This document shows positions 6,629-14,925 of a stretch of 30,664 nt of DNA, piece after piece (position 1 is the first letter of the stretch; each line of letters opens with the position of its first letter). Origin of the DNA: a virus (lineage: Duplodnaviria > Heunggongvirae > Uroviricota > Caudoviricetes); the IMG/VR virus record IMGVR_UViG_2802429251_000007, positions 1-30,664 of that record; one strand, given 5' to 3'. The notes under the pieces were generated by a model. That model was not told the DNA's origin and did not search any database. It saw only the letters and a list, made by a program, of their open reading frames with translations. The translations under genes were made by a program, and so were the position numbers.

Positions 6629-7006
6629 ATGTCGGGTAAATTCAGATTCAGTCGTCGCAGTGAAAAAAATCTGGAGGGCGTTAAACCACAGCTGGTTGCT
6701 GTCGTTCGCCGTGCGCTGGAGCTGACGGAGGTTGATTTCGGTATTACGGAAGGGCTGCGCACGAAAGAACGCCAGAAACAGCTGGTCGCGGAAGGGAAAA
6801 GCCAGACCATGAACAGCCGCCACCTGACCGGTGATGCGGTGGATGTTGTTGCCTACATTGGCAGCCAGGTGTCATGGGACTGGCCTCTGTACGAGAAAAT
6901 CGCGCAGGCATTTAAGCAGGCTGCCGCAGAGCTGGGAACTGCCATCGAATGGGGCGGGGACTGGAAAACACTGAAAGACGGACCTCACTTTCAGTTGAAA
7001 CGCTGA
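6629..7006 (+). CDS. endolysin, peptidase M15 family (L-alanyl-D-glutamate endopeptidase type)
   Basis: ATG 6629 lies 5 nt after GGAGG. The motifs ...GLRTKERQKQLVAEGKSQTMNSRHLTGDAVDV...GGDW...DGPHFQL fit the zinc D,D/L,D-peptidase (VanY/T5 endolysin-like) signature H..D...H. Confidence 0.85.
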   Translation: MSGKFRFSRRSEKNLEGVKPQLVAVVRRALELTEVDFGITEGLRTKERQKQLVAEGKSQTMNSRHLTGDAVDVVAYIGSQVSWDWPLYEKIAQAFKQAAAELGTAIEWGGDWKTLKDGPHFQLKR

Positions 7007-7020
7007 TAACCAGGTGTGTT

Positions 7021-7203
7021 ATGAGCCGAAAACACTGGACACACAGAATGCCGCGAACGGCGGCGAAATGGGCACTGGTAGCGATACTGGTGCCTTTTTT
7101 ATTGGTGGGGTGCGTCAGCCTGGATAAGGCGCGCCAACTTTTAGATACAGCTTCTCAGGTCTGCAAAATTGTCGACAGTGTTCGGCAGTGTATGCAGAAC
7201 TGA
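7021..7203 (+). CDS. small lysis-cassette lipoprotein (60 aa; o-spanin-position gene)
   Basis: MSRKHWTHRMPRTAAKWALVAILVPFLLVG|C carries the lipobox LVGC. The mature part is about 30 aa with three Cys. The gene lies directly after the endolysin. Confidence 0.7.
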   Translation: MSRKHWTHRMPRTAAKWALVAILVPFLLVGCVSLDKARQLLDTASQVCKIVDSVRQCMQN

Positions 7204-7299
7204 TCGCCCGTAAGAGCAGAATATTTCGCTGAAAAATGAAAGGGCGCCATTGTCTAGGAGGCATGAAATTCTGTTATCTAATCTGGTTGATATATGAAT

Positions 7300-7323
7300 G
7301 TGGGGGATGCTCTTCTCCCCCAC
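7300..7323. terminator. hairpin downstream of the minus-strand KTSC gene (possible terminator)
   Basis: Perfect 8-bp stem GTGGGGGA / TCCCCCAC with an 8-nt loop, 7 nt beyond the KTSC stop. There is no clean U-run on either strand. Confidence 0.35.
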
Positions 7324-7329
7324 TGAAGG

Positions 7330-7542
7330 TTAGCCTACCTTACGGTATGGATACACATTTTTAATGAATTGGTGAAAATACTGGCCTTTTGAACTGGCAT
7401 TCATAAGACCCTGATAGATCCTGGATGGAACACCAGAGTATTGATAGATACCTCCATTGTGAAAGGCTATTTCCAGTGTGAGAGTTGCTGAATCATACCC
7501 AACTGACTGGAGATTTGATGATGAAACATAATTACGAATCAA
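7330..7542 (-). CDS. KTSC domain-containing protein (70 aa)
   Basis: (M)IRNYVSSSNLQSVGYDSATLTLEIAFHNGGIYQYSGVPSRIYQGLMNASSKGQYFHQFIKNVY matches the KTSC consensus end to end. TTG start with SD GAGGA (7554-7550) 7 nt upstream. The gene is AT-rich and antisense to the late operon. Confidence 0.8.
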   Translation of the reverse strand: MIRNYVSSSNLQSVGYDSATLTLEIAFHNGGIYQYSGVPSRIYQGLMNASSKGQYFHQFIKNVYPYRKVG

Positions 7543-7697
7543 AACAATATCCTCATATTGTGGGGAAAAGTCCCAATGAAATTATTGATATATTTCGGCG
7601 TTATAACTTTGTCGATGATCATGGTCATCGTCTTGAAATGTGCCAGGACTTCATTGACTTAGTTAATGCGAAATCACAACAACATCAGGATGGTTAG
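7518..7697 (+). CDS. hypothetical small protein (59 aa, MMKHNYESKQYPHIVGKSPNEIIDIFRRYNFVDDHGHRLEMCQDFIDLVNAKSQQHQDG)
   Basis: Tandem ATGs at 7518 and 7521 follow GGAGA (7509-7513). AT-rich like the KTSC gene. Its first 25 nt overlap the 5' end of the KTSC gene on the other strand. Family not recognised. Confidence 0.5.
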   Translation: MMKHNYESKQYPHIVGKSPNEIIDIFRRYNFVDDHGHRLEMCQDFIDLVNAKSQQHQDG

Positions 7698-7754
7698 GCA
7701 TTACAGCAGCTCTTCTGTGAGGGGCTGCGATAATGTCACTAAGAGGAAAAATTC

Positions 7755-8504
7755 ATGGCAAAACCGGACTGGGAGGCCATCGAATCGGCATACCGGGCCG
7801 GAGTCCTTAGCCTCCGTGATATAGGCGAGAAATACGGCGTAACAGAAGGGGCTATCAGGAAGAGGGCTAAAAAGCTTGGTTGGGTACGCAGTGGCGGTAC
7901 GCAGGTTTGCAAAAATGGTACGCAAAAAAGAAAAGTGCGTACCAGCAGAAAGCCTGCCATTACTGACCTTACACAAAAAGGTACGCAACCAAAAACAGAA
8001 CCTACACCGGATACGAAACCGATACGCGGAATGCGTACCGATCCCCCGACTAACCCATTCCAACCCGGTAACCAGCAGGCATTAAAACACGGTGGTTATG
8101 CCCGTCGCCTTCTGCTCAAAGATGAGGTGATAGAGGATGCTAAAGCGTTGACGCTCGAGGACGAATTATTTCGCCTTCGTGCTAACAACCTTGTCGCTGC
8201 AGAGAATATTGGTCGGTGGTTGGTGTCGCTGGAAGATGCTAATGGGGACCAGGAAAGGAAGATGCTGATGGAAAATATCAGCGCCGCCGAGAAAGCAATG
8301 ATGCGCAATACAGTTCGTATTGAGTCCATCGTTGGCACGCTTGCGACGGTAGGAAAAATATTTGCTGATACAGCCTACCGCAAGGCCGCCACTGATAAGG
8401 TGTCTCTGGAGGCTGATCGTCTTCGCCGTGATGCAGGTATTGATGATGGCAATGGAGAGCGTGACCTCAATGACTTCTACTCTGACATCCAAACCGACGC
8501 TTAA
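7755..8504 (+). CDS. terminase small subunit
   Basis: ATG follows AAGAGGA. N-terminal HTH-like segment (LSLRDIGEKYGVTEGAIRKRAKKLGW), a basic low-complexity linker and a coiled C-terminal part. It sits immediately upstream of, and overlaps, the large terminase. Confidence 0.8.
   Translation: MAKPDWEAIESAYRAGVLSLRDIGEKYGVTEGAIRKRAKKLGWVRSGGTQVCKNGTQKRKVRTSRKPAITDLTQKGTQPKTEPTPDTKPIRGMRTDPPTNPFQPGNQQALKHGGYARRLLLKDEVIEDAKALTLEDELFRLRANNLVAAENIGRWLVSLEDANGDQERKMLMENISAAEKAMMRNTVRIESIVGTLATVGKIFADTAYRKAATDKVSLEADRLRRDAGIDDGNGERDLNDFYSDIQTDA
7883..8039. repeat. array of six exact 8-mers GGTACGCA (four direct, two inverted) inside terS; candidate pac/TerS-binding sites
   Basis: Direct copies at 7883, 7896, 7917 and 7980. 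Inverted copies (TGCGTACC) at 7936 and 8032. Degenerate GATACG(A/C) copies at 8010 and 8021. Confidence 0.5.
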
Positions 8505-9873
8505 TCCGGCTTTACGTAGTTTCTGGACTACGCGGGCACGTAACAAAGTGCTTTATGGTGGCCGGTCATCGTCAAAATCATGGGATGCCGCTGGCATTGC
8601 CATATTTCTGTCGAATAAATACACCCTGCGTTTTTGTTGTGCCCGTCAGATCCAGAATAAAATCGAAGAGTCGGTGTATACCCTGCTCAAAATTCAGATA
8701 GACAGGTTTGGCCTGCGGCACCGTTTCCGGATTCTGAACAACAAAATCATTAACCGGGTTACTGGCTCGGAATTTGTTTTTTATGGATTATGGCGCAACA
8801 TCGAAGAAATTAAGTCACTGGAGGGGATCGACGTGTTGTGGCTGGAAGAAGCCCACGCACTGACTGAATACCAGTGGAAAATTCTGGAGCCAACGATCCG
8901 TAAAGAGGGTTCGGAATGCTGGTTCATATTCAACCCCGGACTTGTTACTGATTTCGTCTGGCGTAACTTCGTTGTTGATCCGCCTGAAGGCACTCTCATC
9001 CGCAAAATTAACTATGACGAAAATCCGTTTCTGTCTGACACCATGCTTAAGGTTATCGACGCGGCGCGACGCCGTGATCCGGATGGTTTTAAACATGTGT
9101 ATGAGGGCGTTCCGGAGTCTGATGATGATGCGGCAATCATCAAACTGTCCTGGATAGAAGCCGCAGTGGATGCGCACAAAACGTTAAATTTCGAACCCAG
9201 TGGAAGAAAGCGTATTGGCTTTGACGTGGCTGACAGTGGTACAGATAAGTGCGCTAACGTTTACCGTCACGGATCCGTTGTTTTCTGGGCCGACGAATGG
9301 AAGGCCAAAGAAGATGAATTACTGAAGAGCTGCCAGCGTACTTATCAGGCGGCGCTGGAGCGTGAAGCAGATATTGTTTACGACTCTATCGGTGTTGGTG
9401 CTTCTGCCGGTGCTAAATTCTCTGAAATTAACGCTGACCGGAAGAGCGAGAATGCATACGCGCGACGTGTGAATTACCAGAGGTTTAACGCCGGCGCTGG
9501 TGTGCATGAACCAGATGACGAATACAACGGCATCCCCAACAAAGACTTTTTCGCAAATCTTAAGGCTCAGGCATGGTGGCTGGTGGCTGACCGTTTCAGA
9601 AATACGTTTAACGCCATTAACAACGGAGAACAGTATCCTGTGGATGAGCTGATCAGCATAGATTCTCGTTGTCCGTTGCTTGAAAAGCTGAAACTGGAAC
9701 TGACAACACCTCATCGTGATTTCGACCGTAACGGACGTGTGATGGTCGAAAGTAAAAAAGACCTCGCAAAACGCGAGATACCGTCACCAAACGTTGCTGA
9801 CGCATTCATTATGGCCTTCGCGCCAATTGATACATCGCTGGATATCTGGGAACAGCTGGGGAGACAGGCCTGA
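8470..9873 (+). CDS. terminase large subunit (PBSX/Terminase_3-like, headful type)
   Basis: Walker A-like VLYGGRSSSKSWDAAG, then ...WLEEAH... and a C-terminal nuclease-like region. The start is taken at ATG 8470 (GGAGAG upstream), with ATG 8452 as an alternative. The ORF-track start at 8362 lies deep inside terS. Confidence 0.9.
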   Translation: MTSTLTSKPTLNPALRSFWTTRARNKVLYGGRSSSKSWDAAGIAIFLSNKYTLRFCCARQIQNKIEESVYTLLKIQIDRFGLRHRFRILNNKIINRVTGSEFVFYGLWRNIEEIKSLEGIDVLWLEEAHALTEYQWKILEPTIRKEGSECWFIFNPGLVTDFVWRNFVVDPPEGTLIRKINYDENPFLSDTMLKVIDAARRRDPDGFKHVYEGVPESDDDAAIIKLSWIEAAVDAHKTLNFEPSGRKRIGFDVADSGTDKCANVYRHGSVVFWADEWKAKEDELLKSCQRTYQAALEREADIVYDSIGVGASAGAKFSEINADRKSENAYARRVNYQRFNAGAGVHEPDDEYNGIPNKDFFANLKAQAWWLVADRFRNTFNAINNGEQYPVDELISIDSRCPLLEKLKLELTTPHRDFDRNGRVMVESKKDLAKREIPSPNVADAFIMAFAPIDTSLDIWEQLGRQA

Positions 9874-11342
9874 TGGCACGAAACAAACAAGCCCTGCGGC
9901 GAACTGCGCAGGCCACAGCTGATGGTTATGAGAATTTTATTGCCCGCGTAGGGATGCAGACACCTAACCAGCACTCAGCATCCACCTACCGGGCTAATTT
10001 TACCAGTCGTAACCGCATGCTGGTGGAATGGTCCTATCGTTCATCCTGGATCATCGGCGAAGCAGTCGATGCTATCCCGGATGATATGACCCGCAAAGGC
10101 ATTCGCATCACTTCGGAAATTGATGCAAAAGATCGCGGCATTCTCGAATCACAACTTGATGAGTTGCAAATCTGGGATGCGCTGAATGACGTGCTGAAAT
10201 GGTCTCGTCTCTATGGCGGTGCGGTTGGCTTCATCATGATCGAGGGGCAGGCACCAATGACCCCGCTGCGGCTCGAAACCATTGGAGAAGGCAAGTTTAA
10301 GGGCATTCTCCCGCTCGACCGCTGGATGATTAACCCGGTGCTGACCCGCCGCATTAAAGAGATGGGGCCGGATCTCGGCAAACCTGAGTTTTACGATGTG
10401 GTGACCACTGCAACGGGCATCCCGGCCTGGCGCATCCATCACAGCCGCCTGATTCGCTTCGATGGCGTCACGCTGCCATTCCAGCAGAAGATGACCGAGA
10501 ACGAATGGGGAATGTCGGTTGTAGAGCGAATCTGGGATCGGCTTACTGCGTTCGACAGCGCCACTGTCGGCGCGGCTCAGCTGGTCTACAAAGCGCATCT
10601 GCGCACCTACAGCGTGGAGAAGCTGCGCGAGATTATCGCGCTTGGTGGCCCAGCTTTCGAAGCGTTGCTGAAGAACATCGACCTGATCCGCCAGTTCCAG
10701 AGCAATGAAGGCATGACGCTCATGGACTCGCGGGATAAGTTTGAAACGCATCAGTACAGCTTCAGTGGTCTGGATGACATCCTATCGCAGTTTGCAGAAC
10801 AGATTAGTGGCGCTGTTGGTATTCCACTGGTGCGGTTGTTCGGACAGTCCCCGAAAGGATTTTCTACCGGTGATGCAGATCTTGCCAACTATTACGACCG
10901 GGTGAGCTCATTGCAGGAGCGCCGCTTACGGATGCCGATGCGCCGGATACTGGACATTATGCACCGCTCGGAACTCGGTAAGCCGCTGCCGGACGATTTC
11001 ACGTTTGAGTTTAACCCGCTCTGGCAAATGTCTGATGTCGATCGCTCAACGGTGGCGTTAAACACTACCAACGCAATCAGTACGGCGCTGGGTGATGGTC
11101 TGATGACACTGAAAGCCGCTATGACCGATTTGCGCGAAAATTCTGACGTAACCGGCATCGGGGCATCCATTACCGACGAGGACATAGAGAATGCCGAAGA
11201 CGAAGCGCCGCCAGGCATCGGCGAACTTGGCGACAAACCGCCAGAGTCGCCAGGCGGAGATCCGATATCGAACGAGCCTACGGCAGATAGCGCGGGCGGT
11301 CGGGGATATCGTAAATGGGCGCTACGATGGTTCAAACGATAG
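9873..11342 (+). CDS. portal protein (DUF1073-type)
   Basis: The ATG overlaps the terL stop (TGATG). 489 aa with an acidic C-terminus. The gene follows the terminase, and the sequence resembles the DUF1073 portal family as I recall it. Confidence 0.85.
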   Translation: MARNKQALRRTAQATADGYENFIARVGMQTPNQHSASTYRANFTSRNRMLVEWSYRSSWIIGEAVDAIPDDMTRKGIRITSEIDAKDRGILESQLDELQIWDALNDVLKWSRLYGGAVGFIMIEGQAPMTPLRLETIGEGKFKGILPLDRWMINPVLTRRIKEMGPDLGKPEFYDVVTTATGIPAWRIHHSRLIRFDGVTLPFQQKMTENEWGMSVVERIWDRLTAFDSATVGAAQLVYKAHLRTYSVEKLREIIALGGPAFEALLKNIDLIRQFQSNEGMTLMDSRDKFETHQYSFSGLDDILSQFAEQISGAVGIPLVRLFGQSPKGFSTGDADLANYYDRVSSLQERRLRMPMRRILDIMHRSELGKPLPDDFTFEFNPLWQMSDVDRSTVALNTTNAISTALGDGLMTLKAAMTDLRENSDVTGIGASITDEDIENAEDEAPPGIGELGDKPPESPGGDPISNEPTADSAGGRGYRKWALRWFKR

Positions 11343-11964
11343 CGTAACCGAAATAATGGATGCGCTGGAGCGCTACAGCGAAATCATCACCCCCTGGGCG
11401 ACGAAGGTAGCTGAGAACTTTACCGCAGACATAGCGCGCCAGAATGAAAAGCAGTGGCGTCAACACAGCCGGAACATCAGCGCAGAGCTGCGCAACATGG
11501 TCGACCGCGCCCCGGTAGGCCAGGTGATGAAATCCATCGTCGCCGAGCAAATTAAGTACATCAAGTCACTGCCTCTTGAGGCCGCCGATCGGGTGTATGA
11601 CATTCAGAACAAGGCCATCGAGGCCGTTGTGTCTGGTGGCCGCGCTGAGCCATTCGCGAAAGAGATAGCTGCGTCCGGTGACGTGTCACGCTCACGAGCG
11701 AACCTTATCGCCCGTACTGAACTTGGACGTGCAACCGGCGCGCTGGATCAGGCGCGTGCGCTGTCAATCGGCTCGAATGGTTATATCTGGCGTACAGCCG
11801 AAGATGGCGACGTCCGGCATTCTCATCGGGAGATGGAAGGTAAGTTTGTCGAATGGGGCAAACCTCCAACGCTTGATGGCATGACCGGTCACGCTGGCGA
11901 GCTCCCGAATTGTCGCTGTTATAAAGAAATCGTTTTTCCCACCTCCCATTCTTATCCCGCCTGA
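11191..11964 (+). CDS. head morphogenesis protein (Mu F / SPP1 gp7 family)
   Basis: The C-terminal ...IARTELGRA...WRTAEDGDVRHSHREMEGKFV...ELPNCRCY is the MuF-domain signature. ATG 11191 gives a 152-nt out-of-frame overlap with the portal gene; the alternative start at ATG 11356 lacks an SD. Confidence 0.8.
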   Translation: MPKTKRRQASANLATNRQSRQAEIRYRTSLRQIARAVGDIVNGRYDGSNDSVTEIMDALERYSEIITPWATKVAENFTADIARQNEKQWRQHSRNISAELRNMVDRAPVGQVMKSIVAEQIKYIKSLPLEAADRVYDIQNKAIEAVVSGGRAEPFAKEIAASGDVSRSRANLIARTELGRATGALDQARALSIGSNGYIWRTAEDGDVRHSHREMEGKFVEWGKPPTLDGMTGHAGELPNCRCYKEIVFPTSHSYPA

Positions 11965-11978
11965 ATCGCAGGTAACAC

Positions 11979-13199
11979 ATGAAATATTTTTTCAATACCC
12001 GGCTGGGGGAAACCCGCTATCAGCTGGCTGACGGCTCGTTGCTGTGCAAAGACGTGCCGATAGGACGAACAGGTAAGCAGCTCTATGGTGCTGATGACCT
12101 GCCAAAACTGAAACCCGATAAGTTCGGTGAAATAGTCGTCACGCGTTCTCCTGAGCAGGTATTCCATCCCGCCACGCTTGCCTCATTCGAAGGAATGAGT
12201 ATCACGGTGTTGCATCCCGAGGATGAAAACGGGGATGTGCGGCTGGTAAATCCCGAGAACTGGAAAGAGCTTGCTGTCGGGCATCTTCAGAATGTGCGGC
12301 GCGGGACCGGTGACCAGTCTGATTTGATGCTGGCTGACCTTATCGTCAAAGACGAAAGCGCCATTCAGCTTATCGAAGATGGCCTGCGCGAAGTGTCGTG
12401 TGGCTATGACGCGGAGTACGAGCAGACCGAGCCAGGTAAAGCCGAGCAGGTCGATATTACCGGAAACCATGTGGCTCTTGTCCCCAAAGGCAGAGCCGGA
12501 AATCGTTGTGCAATTGGAGACAGAGACACAATGGCAAATCAAAAGAAAAACTGGTGGAACCGCATGCGTGCAGCCATCAAGACAGGAGATGCCGACACCA
12601 TGAACGAACTGGTGGAGTCGGCTCCCGCATCGGTTACAGGAGATGAGGGGGATTTGCCGCAGGGCGTTAATCTCAACATCAACCTGTCCCCGCAGCAACC
12701 GCTACCGGACAAAGCACCAGAGATGGGCGGAGGTCCAACCGGCGACAGTGATGATGACCTCAAAACATTACTGAAAGCCCTGCTGGCTAAGCTGGAAGGA
12801 AATGCGACGGGCGATAACGACAATAAGCCTGACGATAATCCGACCGGTGACGGCGAGGACGATGAAGAGGAAACCACGATTACTGGTGACTCAGCCTGGC
12901 GTGCCGAAGTTATCGTTCCGGGTATCGATCTGAGCCGTAAGATGAAACCGACCGCGTTCAAACGTGAGGTTCTGGCTTCTGCTGACAAAACGCTGGTTCG
13001 CCAGATAGTCGGTGATGCGGATATCCGCAAATTACCGAAACAATCGGTCAACATGGCGTTTAATGCCGTGTCTGAGATTGCCAAAGGGCGAAACACCCGC
13101 GCCACCACCGGCGATGCACAGCGCCCAAACATGGGCATGACCAGTATCGCTTCCCTGAACAAACAAAACGCTGAATTCTGGGCAAACCGTAAAGGGTAA
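11979..13199 (+). CDS. DUF2213-like prohead scaffold/protease-like protein
   Basis: 406 aa between the MuF-like and capsid genes. It has a conserved-looking N-terminal domain, then an acidic low-complexity middle (GDNDNKPDDNPTGDGEDDEEE) typical of scaffolds. Confidence 0.65.
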   Translation: MKYFFNTRLGETRYQLADGSLLCKDVPIGRTGKQLYGADDLPKLKPDKFGEIVVTRSPEQVFHPATLASFEGMSITVLHPEDENGDVRLVNPENWKELAVGHLQNVRRGTGDQSDLMLADLIVKDESAIQLIEDGLREVSCGYDAEYEQTEPGKAEQVDITGNHVALVPKGRAGNRCAIGDRDTMANQKKNWWNRMRAAIKTGDADTMNELVESAPASVTGDEGDLPQGVNLNINLSPQQPLPDKAPEMGGGPTGDSDDDLKTLLKALLAKLEGNATGDNDNKPDDNPTGDGEDDEEETTITGDSAWRAEVIVPGIDLSRKMKPTAFKREVLASADKTLVRQIVGDADIRKLPKQSVNMAFNAVSEIAKGRNTRATTGDAQRPNMGMTSIASLNKQNAEFWANRKG

Positions 13200-13202
13200 A
13201 AA

Positions 13203-13709
13203 ATGAATAATGTATTTCTGTACCGGATGCCTGTTGGCATTGCCGGGGCCGTCTCTCGCCCGCAGGACTTAACCGTCGAACCGGTGGTCCTTAAATCCGA
13301 TAACGCCTTCGCTGCCTATGGCCTGGCTGGTAAATACGATGATGACGGTTTTTTCGTGCCGCTGGCAGATGGTGATACCGCAGACAAAGTGAAGGGGATC
13401 TACGTGCGCCCTTATCCGACCACTTCGCAGCCGGACATGGTTCGCCAGGTGGGGACTGGCAAGAACTTCCCGGGCGACGCCATGAAGCGTGGCTACGTGA
13501 CCGTTAATCTCGGTTCTGATTTTGATGCCAGCACCATCAAAAAAGGCGACCCGGTATACGTTGTCGTCTCCACTGATGAATCCATCAAAGTGCCGCTGGG
13601 TGGATTCATGGCCACGTCAGTCAGTGGCAAAAACGTGGTGCTGACCAACGCTGAATTCACAGGTGCCGGTGATGCTGACGGCAATGCAGAAATTTCCTGG
13701 AAGATTTAA
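13203..13709 (+). CDS. putative head decoration/cement protein
   Basis: 168 aa directly upstream of the major capsid gene, SD AAGGG. It resembles the cement/decoration proteins that accompany this capsid type, but the assignment is mostly positional. Confidence 0.45.
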   Translation: MNNVFLYRMPVGIAGAVSRPQDLTVEPVVLKSDNAFAAYGLAGKYDDDGFFVPLADGDTADKVKGIYVRPYPTTSQPDMVRQVGTGKNFPGDAMKRGYVTVNLGSDFDASTIKKGDPVYVVVSTDESIKVPLGGFMATSVSGKNVVLTNAEFTGAGDADGNAEISWKI

Positions 13710-13720
13710 GGAACAGACGA

Positions 13721-14662
13721 ATGATTACTTTTGATCAGGCAACCGTTGACAGCTCTGGTGCCTTTCTCATCGGGGAGCTGGAGCGACTCGACCAGACGCT
13801 GAACCTGCCACTGGTGGGGTACACCTGGACCCGCGATATTCAGTTGCGTGAAGATGTCTCCATTGCAGATGACAGTTCCAGCTGGACGAATACCAGCTTC
13901 GCCGCTGCGGGTACTGGTGCAAATCCGAATGGCAAAAACTGGGTAGGCAAAGACTCAACCGCTATTGCTGGCGTGAACGTGGATATCGGCAAATCCGGTA
14001 ACCCGCTGAACCTGTGGGGGATGGAACTTGGCTGGACGGTCATAGAATTGCAGGCTGCTCAGCAGGTCGGCCGCCCGATTGATACGCAGAAGTATGACGG
14101 TATGCAACTGAAATGGCAGATGGATAACGATGAACAGGTATATGTTGGCGATTCCGCATTAAACCTGAAAGGCCTTGTTACCCTGAACGGTGTTCCTGTC
14201 AACAACGCTGCCAAAACGTGGGCAACCTCAACACCGGACGAAATCCGCGCAAGCATTAACCAGGTGCTGTCTGATGCGTGGGCCGCTTCTGGTTACTCTG
14301 TGGTTCCGCGTGATTTGCTGATCCCACCTGAGCAGTTTGCTCTGTTGTCCAGCATCATCGTTTCATCTGCGGGTAACCAGTCCCTGTTGACGTACCTTCA
14401 GACCAACACCATCAGCTATCACCAGAACGGTGTTCCGCTGAATATCCGCGCGGTTAAATGGCTGAAAGGCCGTGGTGTGGGGAATAAGGATCGCATGGTT
14501 GCGTACACCAACGATAAAAAATACGTCCGCTACCCGCTGGTTCCGCTTCAGAGCGTGCCGGTGCAGTATCGCGGTCTGTATCAGATCGTCACTTACTACG
14601 GCAAGCTGGGTGCAGTCGAGCCAGTGTACAAAGAAACCATTTCGTACGTTGATGGCATTTAA
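13721..14662 (+). CDS. major capsid protein (DUF2184-type)
   Basis: 313 aa, SD AAGGA. The position and the sequence (MITFDQATVDSSGAFLIGELERLD...) fit the DUF2184 capsid family from memory. A strong hairpin follows the gene. Confidence 0.8.
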   Translation: MITFDQATVDSSGAFLIGELERLDQTLNLPLVGYTWTRDIQLREDVSIADDSSSWTNTSFAAAGTGANPNGKNWVGKDSTAIAGVNVDIGKSGNPLNLWGMELGWTVIELQAAQQVGRPIDTQKYDGMQLKWQMDNDEQVYVGDSALNLKGLVTLNGVPVNNAAKTWATSTPDEIRASINQVLSDAWAASGYSVVPRDLLIPPEQFALLSSIIVSSAGNQSLLTYLQTNTISYHQNGVPLNIRAVKWLKGRGVGNKDRMVAYTNDKKYVRYPLVPLQSVPVQYRGLYQIVTYYGKLGAVEPVYKETISYVDGI

Positions 14663-14669
14663 CAGCCAC

Positions 14670-14690
14670 ATGGCCCCCTGGCGGGGCCAT
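14670..14690 (+). other. GC-rich stem-loop after the capsid gene (8-bp stem ATGGCCCC/GGGGCCAT, loop CTGGC)
   Basis: Seen directly in the sequence. There is no U-run, so it is more likely an mRNA-stabilising or partial-termination element than a full terminator. Confidence 0.4.
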
Positions 14691-14703
14691 TAAGGATGAC
14701 CAG

Positions 14704-14925
14704 ATGGCAAAAAATAATGCAGTAATACACGTACATACCCCGTTTGTGCTCACGCTTCCCGACGGTTCACGGCGCGAGTTTGTTAAAGGCCGTCATGCAG
14801 TGGAGGAAGACGTTGCCACGCACTGGTTCACTCGTGCGCACGCGGAAGTATCCGTTGGCAAAGACACTGACGCGCGTAACGAGGTAAAAAATGCCAAAGA
14901 ATCAAAGTCTGCCAGCGGTAAGTGA
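14704..14925 (+). CDS. hypothetical small head-region protein (73 aa)
   Basis: ORF in operon orientation between the capsid and connector genes. It overlaps the next gene by 35 nt. Family not recognised. Confidence 0.45.
   Translation: MAKNNAVIHVHTPFVLTLPDGSRREFVKGRHAVEEDVATHWFTRAHAEVSVGKDTDARNEVKNAKESKSASGK

Noticed and set aside
7263-7364. 33-aa ORF (MKFCYLIWLIYECGGCSSPPLKVSLPYGMDTHF) preceded by AGGAGG.
   Set aside because: The SD ends only 1 nt before the ATG, which is too close. The ORF runs through the 7300-7323 hairpin and into the 3' end of the KTSC gene.
8362-8469. Upstream extension of the large terminase ORF into terS.
   Set aside because: The extension overlaps terS by more than 100 nt and has no SD. 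The conserved terminase sequence begins after M at 8470, with 8452 as an alternative.
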